Source: a virus. Taken from it: a stretch of 64,000 nt of DNA. The notes beneath the pieces were generated by a model that searched no databases, was not told the origin of the DNA, and saw only the letters and a list, made by a program, of their open reading frames with translations. This document shows positions 60,101 to 64,000 of this stretch, piece after piece. Within the stretch, counting starts at the first letter, position 1, and every line of letters starts with the position of its first letter. The position numbers and the translations under genes were made by a program. The DNA lies in the IMG/VR virus record IMGVR_UViG_3300044617_000226, positions 1-64,000 of that record. The stretch is one strand, 5' to 3'.

Positions 60101-60831
60101 GCATCTTTTTCGGGAACAGTAAATGTCACTACCCCTTGGCTTGCGCCGTTATTAGTGACCCCGAACACATCTCTTACATATAGATTTTCTTGAGTGGCGC
60201 TATAACCGCTTAATCCTGGTTCACCTTGTATCCAAAATTGACTATCTTGATCTACTATAAAGTTATATGTACCGCCACGCAATAATACAAGATTAGGATT
60301 GTTTGTAGCCTCTGCACTACCTAAGGCCTTGATGCTGTATGAACTGGCTTCAGGCGTGACTATGAAATCATCAGTGTTATAAACTGTTGATGCTGACACA
60401 CTTACTGCGGGAGGTCCTGTTGGAATCCAGTAGTACTGGTTGTAATTAATGATCTTATCAAGATCAGTGAAACTATCCCAACTATAAAACTGGCTAGAAA
60501 ATAGATTGGTGTTGTTAGTTGTTATAGAACCTTGCTGTTGTAAAGCGTCTAGTATTCCTGGATAACTTATGAAATCTTTAGCAGTAGTCTCATTTTCTTT
60601 GACAAAGACTACACCAGGATCTAACTGATAATCGCGTCTGACTTTGTTTGGTTCTGTTACATAATAATCTTTGGCATCTACGCCATAACCAACTTTACTT
60701 CCTATGAAACCTTGTATCTTTTTAGTGACTGGTGGATTGACCAATTGGTCAAGAGTCGCGCCCAAGAACTGACTATTTGTTTCAGTCTGGAATATCTGCG
60801 GTAAAAACTCAAGTGTTCTTATTCTAGTCAT
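42181..60831 (-). CDS. 6216-aa giant virion structural protein (baseplate/tail-fibre-like mosaic)
   Basis: One 18.65-kb open frame after the baseplate wedge gene; contains FG-GAP-like repeats, BNR-like SxDGxxW repeats and repeated beta modules. Confidence 0.8.
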   Translation of the reverse strand: MTRIRTLEFLPQIFQTETNSQFLGATLDQLVNPPVTKKIQGFIGSKVGYGVDAKDYYVTEPNKVRRDYQLDPGVVFVKENETTAKDFISYPGILDALQQQGSITTNNTNLFSSQFYSWDSFTDLDKIINYNQYYWIPTGPPAVSVSASTVYNTDDFIVTPEASSYSIKALGSAEATNNPNLVLLRGGTYNFIVDQDSQFWIQGEPGLSGYSATQENLYVRDVFGVTNNGASQGVVTFTVPEKDAQDEYNFPGNNTVGLVSTKPYSELIGQPVGDGIDGVTFLNLRTVMFYNTGDPDEVVTIGGIDYKVSDYFFTIRVFGGLLSFITPAGLIPTEQKITVLYGNDYAGLNFYKSAAGVITQVPYISAVLDTLYYQDGTNANRVGTIQLIENNETNTIDVNNDILGKKNYTSKNGVVFTNGLKVEFDGDVIPVSYLQGEYYVEGVGTAIELIPVESLNVPEPFTTQAASPYDILNYDIGPYDEGLNIPTTPDYITIARNSINKNAWSRSNRWFHIDVINATADYNNNPQIATDLALPENKAKRPIIEFYPNLRLFNNGIIGKDNIDFLDNRTENAFDFVEGQQTYYPDVQTYTEYTGTVNSNSASIGLSGILQDQYYQIDSLGNTQKDTWLNLGAELDVDGNFLTGTEYVIYNLGTTTQDDWSIIAGTNNIFSDEIVAGVWYEILIVGSTDWTSAGCFTTPAPGVRFQATGPAGGTGKVKRYTAVGYSPYVVDEIFTCGAPTGDTVGDGEAFKLLFKATGQGYTQNTFVYGYQYTIAEVGNTLWTNIGWIADYPGDAPQVGDTFTANWPIGLGTTLTVYGTGLATQGTGQVLQKTTTTVTIPAADIVSGTFSQGLWINDVKIDAASVLPTGTRILSIQDTSPNFEMTVYWPIPSDSVSSSANVSFIANPRDNADLQLFPGARVVFAKDTNLNVRNKIYVAEFNNTGAASFPVITLTEAVDSPVLIDDQFSVKNGFNFEGLVVYFNGEYYSGTVNDFAEAQQKTTVNQAPRFDLFDENGISYGNNSVYPSTTFDGCKLFNYKLGVGISDSVLGFPISYSSINNVGDISFEISLYTQQFDYVTGGNSITSDVKNGFVYDYSSRTEYTRLTGWQTAVAQSGQYQVFQFDYTANNPPLILNADESIDYTVVVDIPQASVEDTTWPSLQVFNNNNILTLGTDYTVENTATETIITIKLTEDVDTPIEVLILSNETSENAYYTIPINLANNPFNTDPTSVDIGDIRGQYQSIFQNNPDTTGPVFGPNNFRDLGNLVPWGTAIIQNSASLVLPGAFLRDPQYNLSDALLFNSREYIKFKNLLVDTVNQIAADQKFDPAMLLDEAIDIITSVKNQEQPFFWSDMIPSKAPFATNSYNFANQAEVSNFPLSKIYDFTTANYDGVLVYLSRKINGVSVIKQLLRGTEYVVSTDSPSVRVNVFLQANDSIIVKEYNQTYGSYIPNTPSKLGLYPLYTPKVLIDDTYSEPTYFIQGHDGSYNKLYGEYSEVYGMPLDFRDQALLEYETRVYNNIKLSRSLPIDLALTTPGYFRTNTLSYVEYTEIYSKNFLDWVGQNRLDYKTQLYRSTDEYTYNYRESTLKLDNSLVLQGNWRGIYQYVYDTSTPNLTPWAMIGYAIQPDWWVDRYGPAPWTNQNLILWNDLQDGIDYNGGNPVVRPLYARPGLLNIIPVDDQGNLKAPLETLIANYNQLTFKRDWIVGDDAPVEFSYRKSSTYPFDLMRLQSLLKPADFYNLGVDLDNYKYDAEFNQFLVNGRTHLVPNQIQIYGNGTAKTSYINWIVDYTKQLGINATDNITKLLNNLDVRLVHRLAGFSDKALLKFFVEKGTPGSNNSSLMIPDESYQVLLYENQPSFKLVYSGVVVQKTTNGYSVFGNSQNSAYFRTLRPIISGPKDKITVQDLTVQVAIDHYQSEILVPYGTTYYTINDVCQFLIDYGAWLTSRGAIFDDQIQDVVINWNQMAAEFLYWTQIGFTSGSVITLNPSAKKLSIDKENYIVQPLTYNQTNFVLNNNLYPIQNKDLCIERDSTYFSIKPLNEGDAIGYGQFNLSNIEHGIVFQNETLFNDVIYNLVSGLRQSRIFVRGTKSAEWNGTVFASGFIYNQDNIQEWTGDLKYTKGEIVKYKNKYFTALEIIQPNPKFNQNQWKVTDYDEIQKGLLPNSSTRSFESALYYNSDSANLETDADLLSFSLIGFRPREYMASADLTDITQVNVYKNLIKEKGTLNSVKAFKGANLPQGGIDYDVYENWAILQGTFGGTLNDNFIEFKLNESQLTGNPGIIGLTNGNDVPDAQQLVPLYSLYNYGRPITTPYILPTLALDTPNRVYPNAGYVNIDDVKMSAYFYSNLPTAVDKNGIVVPLGNLYVNDFIWIADYQSNWQVLTPTSVGQVLQVRSNLNGTCTVTFKEEHNLSQYDIFAIINFDTAVNGYFVANTIINPRQILITLSLPGSTKILTGQGIGLKFGTQRVEQPGDVNSLPLTDTEFVKNKVWVDTNTDGSWAVYLKSINYLYDNEYYQPSSINFGNAVAYDSDVGYLFADSGEGDVYRYSLDVITNEYTNTETLSGSASFGTAVIHQDNLYVISQPTTSPKVEIYTLNNTTVSDELELYQLISASSESATSGSTNFGSSLALSGDLNWLYISDYNETTPVARNKVHVYRRRNVETNAGSFVSGATYQITSLGSNPQFTSIGAVSNEVGIYFRATGVGSGTGSATQCDYQYMTTINGPSTVVDKFGHSISTNHYGTTLVVGAPNVDEGALANYGNSYIYDRLVQNIEINQAYDEDTPATFTLIWSPNPLLPLTVTKNGILVDTSLYSVSGTTFTYSGEFDYGDILTIGGNEFVLVQTLTNEQTPRIGVQFGYSLDANNFGTEILVGAPFYLSATNAEGAVFRYTCGGARFGTVIGVEEVDVTATRQILINGFLVTIPAGNATVAATAINTANVPNIIASAQENRLVITLANQNLANINQELLVSTNNPVTLTELGLKLYTQTQIISCPHPVGASQFGTTVKFNEFNSVAVSAPVGDRYTLTTFDFVDDNINDNDTIFDNNSTQFTDVFDNAGAVYIFDYLGNYNESLNNIGSYTYGQSVNAKNLVYGAQPTYGYALDWNEDRIVIGAPGFRPTVIDGQVVTYINNVGEQNWTVFRQTSPVVDIDRVENLQIFDAETNNTLINLDYIDPLQGKILGAVRQNIDYISNIDPAGYNNTNAVAPNLVWGADQVGKIWFDTTNIRFLNYHQNDNEYNARYWGQLFPGSDVAVCTWVASTVPPTAYQGPGIPKDISRFTVQTALNSNNTVVPVYYFWARNTGVIASNKNLADINIANYISNPQGSGISYLATLSTNIFAIYNCKPFINANSSVLHVGFTTGQENNPAHQQFDLIRSNFADDFLPGVPGSFGITQPESLYDRFLDSFSGVDESGNSVPDPFLPKAVQSGVLARPRQTFFYDRFAALKNYLQYANSIMEQYPIAEIRSFDFLFESGTYYDTADYWEYVNWWAVGFDNNTRSVLQVPVYADLSTLNVAAGTIVTVSKNGLGLSETYIYDGDNVWTRIGLENGTIRFKSELYDYDAGGFGFGGTFYDTDSYDVFPSQPTRWIIRSLNEQIYTDELLIHRNKSLILMFEYIQEETIENQNYLPWLNKTSLVDVSHKIRELKPLQNFISDNQEFLSGYVNETKPYHVVIKEFLFDYTGGDVYPGTITDFDVPAEYDTNIDKFVSPQLVYNNADTEYEFLPDSPIWKTEKYKEWFNNYGLSLTGQPDYLMGELLSYVTLVSNSIIVDNAQGYPINGTIKINDELISYASVNRATGELSGLTRGINQTTVAVHLPGTNVYMDLPPVIVLDGGKNYANPPRALAIIDTSIYPEPRVQAQLEVTMSLDKVSTINIINPGEGYAVTPDIVIEEAATYTFASGNVNIETNTITLDAPTFVTGDMVRYVEGTTNIGNLADNEYYYINVLDSSPVTIIALYDSYLDAIEDKNRVEYSSQGSGTQSFKVGARALAVTSSSPVRENNITIKFDRTSYDTQITDWAPNSFYASEFVGYYQDSSGSSMLMSSTQPDINNILSSAGGTVFPIISVSNNPTTITTSDSAGVVWSGFERRVASTGPLGIELAVEPSISNPSGSTLGMTVNMPVKFSSASGGLSANTVYYVSSITSLTRFFVSATPDGAPLVLGPSGPADMKCYTAKVTNAARITTAYPGIRTVTGTNSSNNTVIVPLNPIGTGGATGLYLNAPVVFTGDVFGGIEENKIYYVVSVLSAESFTISENTDSTYIRVTATDAFGNIGVETTNGLEVGDAIVFDTMYVDNIAVTSFGGISPKTIYYVKEIGVNNTITISTTPGGAVFTTTTQTAGSGNYCFITSQSQVVDLSAASGSMIVNISLPVSPGQVNGQKFTFYPSSNNYADITGSKLIYGNLATKTIEQTLVDNTVAITGNTSQLYNGFSFTVSDNIGELETNNTYYAYDVGKIPFVCTLSTDSIVTFDATFNGNVMSVSNISGGNLYPGSVFTGTEIEDNTYILSGPGGNGDYIINKPYLPSTLGTDLAADNGIVTLSSDYNTDNIYVGMPFTFTGGLVFGGLELDTDYYVRHIINGSTFTISEQKNQGALNLVTGAGSLTAKGSASFKVYQNMGDLVFNKDYQIKQVGTGNWDDVGSTLVNAGSFVIGNTYIINSLGNTDFTAIGAEANEIDVIFVATGIGSGTGDAYVANFTCNNVAQTGTGQATVILNDESGNVTMTQEIIADPIFDIGYVLGGYNVLIGSGGLGFTQNNTITILGNDLGGTSPTNDLTLTVSRINPIVPGAYSWSLPVTSDGAITKLITEGTPIGETAEYYLKVINANTLEVYNDPLFQVPVSGDDFTYNGYTLTTSSSTTSGNAIVVTSTAGFSVNDPVVFTGTTLPTEIEMGVVYYVKTVDTPLLNTITITTNPGGAPLTIISGQLTNMTVARAGSFMTLPEPFYFDPSIVRYNNRVYICVVSNNDPTFVFGKWEELNAGDRRLNALDRAEGWYAPSINMPGRDLTQLFTGLVYPNTTYKGNEFNPDEQYPLDTQLINQSFNATNVNIPAITFDGTNYVAPANLPNYSGVIADIEIQNDWSLFKLADETLSITDIVKQDNNYVMTSSNSAIPLFTSDDQMTWRTDSFYIPFGTSANLIDFFKIKMISANQAFKAVTYHNGLWIAVNPNIVTSTDLVNWQARLPAVVSTNSLNDVSYVTASGFNGFITVGSTATGGIIYRSLDGLNWNQVSGTFNRAYNAVTSAFGRIYAVGNQIISYSTNGTTWTDITETGIVYNDVYFANGVLVLAGNNGVVKRSSDGLNFTTVTTGVTENLNSVIYVQEKNEYTIVGDNNTVLQTGDIASTPVYWSNTNVFQERQSEYVVQGDPFMFGYGPEEMVPGIVSDQLVMTVNTRPGTNWPASEYAHVGYKVVSLELDLETSNEYDFSSATQTPAQINVFLLIDGLSVTLYENNDYTVNWYNKTVTLINPLTSGQQLRIDVYEIGNGDQLVKSNTDNDPIEINTTTGFDEISLDCNYTNLDYNGGGIVQVDTDGVFYTEPAVFYNGQKLVPGLANYVIATSAVNNSVTVFSTVGLASDQRVTFSDTIFGDITPLTSYYIDQVLSPTTFTIKDQFGNPVTLTGATGTAVFVTQDYAAMPADNQINAKIVFADHYDPETDYISYSFFGETQPVQYGYAVPQTQQFLGNGTVGPYTLVNNLEGDNPQNAIVEVNGERRSPTEYNVNYTTSTLVFNSLAPSISDTIAVTTYNDTERQYLFTNEYTGQQVSPISYVNNVVIPATVTTSIPHNLSDNDVVRIEGVQGSVQLNGQMFTINVLGPNEFALYEYIADVPYTASVPLTDVNTYVSGGYVSLHQSYVLYNKTATASDSEFITVGKVTGLVEGTPVYFTEDGIDLGKPTNIPQIIAGQKYYIKQVVEIDSLDDKFSISETRNGVTKTLSVQSGLNIKVTQWEQTNVDRLWVTVNGKRVASSNLKLHDANEVCILTEVLPGDDVIITSMMPSSTPDQQTYLQIVNVAGQADVYRANTETRTWLREAVGEYSTSIKVGDASKLTNTVTQESVTPAQEYGYHKVPLIANRLDLIQVTVYNDTKGQYIDQDYLILSSSGQGAFVSIQAGIWIETGDNLTITSLEGKLLYVNGEYMQILNVDEEANIISVQRGVLGSIISPNIPIYTTVFGLLEYNKMTESNYISVWNPIPGIYNETQGDPLQIADTAGARFLKVDVT

Positions 60832-60832
60832 T

Positions 60833-63800
60833 TTATGCTACTTGCAATTGGTCTGGTGTTAAAGCTGCGATAACTCTAATGTCATTCGCTGTTGCCGCGT
60901 TTACAAAAATCTCAAATGGTTTACATTTGATCTCATATAATGTGCCGAATGGTTCTGTTGGATCGTTAGGTACTAATACAGCACTACTGATGATATCACC
61001 TAATTGATTGTGTAGATAGGCGCTGAGTTCACTAAAGAAGAATGTATCGCCGAAATTCCAATTATTGATATCAAAATAATTATTCATGGCTGTCAATACC
61101 GCACTCTTAATGTCACTGTCACTGGCAGTAGTATCGCTGGTCTTGATGACTTTGATAGTACCACGCAATGCGCTTTGTGCTTTAGGACCAAATAATGGTT
61201 TAAACACTACACTATTTAATACCACAGAATCACTCAACATTTTGTAATCTTGCAATTGTCCATACTCTGCATTCAACTCATTGATAGTTGGTCTGCTTGG
61301 CATAGGCACAGTGTTTGCAGTGTCTTGAATATAATTTTGATATGCGGTATAATATGCCTGTGTCACTACATACAAATCGATTATGTTTGTAGTCGATGGA
61401 TCTATTCGTGTAGTGTTGTTACTATTATGTCTATATAGGTAACTCAAGCCTTGTCTACCTGGCTTGACCGAATAATTAGTCTGTTCTACAAGAGTGTAAC
61501 TTGTTTGTGTTACTGTAGCATCTTGAACTGACTTATAGAATTTATTATCTGTCGTAGCATAGTACAATTGTCCGACAGGATAATCATACTTGATCACTTC
61601 GATTTGACTCTTGATGGCATATGAATATATGATATCGGTGCTAGGAACTATCTGCTCTCTAGTTAGATTTACTGCATCTTGTATAGTTTCAAAGAACACA
61701 TATTTACCAGTATTTGCTGATCCCGGAACTACTCCTGTTATCTCAGTAAAGAAATCAGGATTCACAACAAGCAAATTATTGTTTACATCTGTGCTTGCTA
61801 CTTCAACTTCAAAATCATTTACATAACCGTCACTTTGTGTTGTTTGACCAATGATGTTTACTGGTATGTCATTGCCCAATGCAGTAGCACTATTTGGTTG
61901 AGTGTTTATACCCAATACATTAATGAAGTCTTGTAAAATCTTACCAGAGAATGGATCGTATACAAGTTCGTTCAATGCATATGTAAAGCGTGTCTCATCT
62001 ACGCTACCAAAATAATAACGCAATGAACGGAACTGTACCACATATGTATTGTCTGCTATATTATTAAAATATACGAACCAGTCACTATCTTGCCCCAACT
62101 CGATAGACCAGCGACCATTGTCGATTCTGCTATTGTTATATACCAAACTAAAATCTTGTTGTAACTCTATTCTTAATATGGCTTCTTGTATGATGCTAAC
62201 AGGTAAACTGTTATCCCAAGCAGGTATCACGCTATTGAGTACTGAACCGTCAGGCACATAACCATTTAGTGTCACAGGACCTACTCCATTACTGAAGTTA
62301 CCTTGACCAGTATTGCTACCATCACCTGATACATTTAATACAGTAGTCCATATATAAGATTTATTTGTGGCGCTTGCTGTAGTAGTCAATCTATTATTCT
62401 GATCGAAACTATAACCTATAGGTGCTACAAATTTACACAAAGCACCCTTAGAGATATACTTTCTGTTGCTATCTGTATTTGCGCCTAGCATAACAGGAGT
62501 TTCGATAGTATTATCTAAAATATAGAAATAACCATTGACGCTATTTCCATTTACATTACTAGTATTGAAATAAGTGACATTAGTTCCTGATGGGAAACTA
62601 TAGCGTTTATACCAAGTCTGTGAAGAATCTGCGGTAGCGTTTATATAATATTGTATAGTTCTGTTGTCAGATAATATAGCAGCCAGAGTTTCTGTAAAGA
62701 ATGATATGACGCTACTTGAGTTTAAAACATTTAAGTTTACTGACCCAGGAGTATCATCTTCCCATAATCCACCGTCATTGCCTAGATTATTGATGCTACT
62801 ATATTTGCCAGTTGGATCTAATAGATCAAGGTTCTTGCTGACACCTATACTTGAGCGATTTACTGCTTTTGATTTGATGATTGATGAATATAATGTGAAT
62901 GGGAAGTTATTATAATCTTCACCATTTACCATTCTATTCTGTGTATAATATCTTGTAGGTGCTCTTTGCTTTATGCTAGCGATACTTTCACGCGCCTGAC
63001 CATTACTTACAGGCTGTGTCAAAGATAGACCTAAAGTCAAAGTCTCTGATCTACCTGTGCGGCTGATGTAAGTGAACGCCACGCTTATACCTTGCATCTC
63101 ATTGATGTCAATAGTATATGTCAAGCCATTACTTGCACGAACATATGCTCTGAAAGTACCTACTGGGATATTGCTGAATACGCCATCTCCAAACACATAT
63201 GTTACTTGATCGTTGAATCGTGAGTTGACGCTAAAAATATTCTTTTTGCTTGTCTCAGTTTGTAGATATGCGTCGGCATAAACATTATCGACCTTTTCCC
63301 AAACTAATCTACTGTTGTTATTGAGATTCAATTGATATAACCAAGTATCTGTATTATTGATACCTTCGATATCAATATTCACAGCCTGGTTGCTAATCTG
63401 CTGTTCTAATACAAAATCATAATTATTCAATATACCTTGCTTGAAGTATACGAAATATCCTGTGTTACTACTAGCAAAACCCAACTTATCATTCTTATAT
63501 AAGAAATTAAATTTACCTGTTGGTGCAGGTGGAATCTCATATAGATAGTCCTCATCAACACTAGTCACGCTGACAAGTTCAAAATTCATAGTCGTGCCAT
63601 CTACTGTGCTAGTGAATGGTACGATAGGTAAACTTCCGTCCGGTATCTGCATACTATATTCAGCAGTAGTGACTCCTAATATATCAGAAACATTGCTAGG
63701 GCGACCTATTCTCTGAGAACTGATTAATGTAGCATTTAAAATAGTGTTGAACTGTTCGAACCAGTTAGCATTAGCAGGGTCATTCCATAATATAGGAACA

Positions 63801-64000
63801 TTGCTTAGATTGACCCCATTGAAATCTGTGATATCCTGACTAGTCTGTATGCTAGTGATCTTCAGTGTGCCCTCAGCACATATATTTCTTTTAGGTGTAT
63901 AACTGACAAGATTGGCTAACTTGATCACGCTATCACGGCGTTCGGCAGTGTCTATAAAGTTTTCACGCGCATTCAAGTCATTTCTAAAAGCAAGACCTTG
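60833..64000 (-). CDS. baseplate wedge subunit (T4 gp6-like), 5' end outside window
   Basis: Frame open to the window edge (QGLAFRNDLNARENFIDTAERRDSV); FGDGVF, ESIASIKQRAP...QNRMVNGEDY are gp6/baseplate-J-like motifs. Confidence 0.8.
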   Translation of the reverse strand, partial: QGLAFRNDLNARENFIDTAERRDSVIKLANLVSYTPKRNICAEGTLKITSIQTSQDITDFNGVNLSNVPILWNDPANANWFEQFNTILNATLISSQRIGRPSNVSDILGVTTAEYSMQIPDGSLPIVPFTSTVDGTTMNFELVSVTSVDEDYLYEIPPAPTGKFNFLYKNDKLGFASSNTGYFVYFKQGILNNYDFVLEQQISNQAVNIDIEGINNTDTWLYQLNLNNNSRLVWEKVDNVYADAYLQTETSKKNIFSVNSRFNDQVTYVFGDGVFSNIPVGTFRAYVRASNGLTYTIDINEMQGISVAFTYISRTGRSETLTLGLSLTQPVSNGQARESIASIKQRAPTRYYTQNRMVNGEDYNNFPFTLYSSIIKSKAVNRSSIGVSKNLDLLDPTGKYSSINNLGNDGGLWEDDTPGSVNLNVLNSSSVISFFTETLAAILSDNRTIQYYINATADSSQTWYKRYSFPSGTNVTYFNTSNVNGNSVNGYFYILDNTIETPVMLGANTDSNRKYISKGALCKFVAPIGYSFDQNNRLTTTASATNKSYIWTTVLNVSGDGSNTGQGNFSNGVGPVTLNGYVPDGSVLNSVIPAWDNSLPVSIIQEAILRIELQQDFSLVYNNSRIDNGRWSIELGQDSDWFVYFNNIADNTYVVQFRSLRYYFGSVDETRFTYALNELVYDPFSGKILQDFINVLGINTQPNSATALGNDIPVNIIGQTTQSDGYVNDFEVEVASTDVNNNLLVVNPDFFTEITGVVPGSANTGKYVFFETIQDAVNLTREQIVPSTDIIYSYAIKSQIEVIKYDYPVGQLYYATTDNKFYKSVQDATVTQTSYTLVEQTNYSVKPGRQGLSYLYRHNSNNTTRIDPSTTNIIDLYVVTQAYYTAYQNYIQDTANTVPMPSRPTINELNAEYGQLQDYKMLSDSVVLNSVVFKPLFGPKAQSALRGTIKVIKTSDTTASDSDIKSAVLTAMNNYFDINNWNFGDTFFFSELSAYLHNQLGDIISSAVLVPNDPTEPFGTLYEIKCKPFEIFVNAATANDIRVIAALTPDQLQVA

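Noticed and set aside
1-64000. Alternative genetic code (TAG/TGA recoding) as in some large phages
   Set aside because: Genes up to 18.6 kb are open and densely packed under the standard code, and TGA is used as a coupled stop in ATGA overlaps.

Overview
A 64-kb piece of a large tailed phage (jumbo, myovirus-like). Essentially all real genes are on the minus strand and use the standard genetic code. In transcription order (right to left): (1) a virion module with a truncated gp6-like baseplate wedge gene, a 6216-aa giant mosaic structural protein and three smaller tail/baseplate proteins; (2) a ~27-kb tightly coupled block (39386 to 12574) behind a perfect T4-type late promoter TATAAATA. It encodes 10 radical SAM enzymes (8 in tandem, with an N-terminal SPASM/twitch-type Cys cluster), 3 glycosyltransferase-like proteins, 3 SGNH-like proteins, a carbamoyltransferase, a 2048-aa repeat protein and a SAM decarboxylase; (3) an RNA island with a tRNA-like RNA lacking a clear anticodon arm and a circularly permuted two-piece tmRNA (tag ANDSVYALAA), whose intervening segment carries a 24-aa hydrophobic ORF; (4) a 965-aa modular protein with apparent prohead-protease cleavage sites, then a kinase/nucleotidyltransferase fusion; (5) a sigma70-driven island with MoxR-like AAA and VWA/metallopeptidase genes and a shared palindromic motif; (6) small hypothetical genes, thyA and a truncated NDP-sugar epimerase. 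The best candidate for an undescribed system is the radical SAM/glycosyl/carbamoyl block next to the tail genes, which may chemically decorate the virion. All product calls come from motif recognition by eye; no searches were run.
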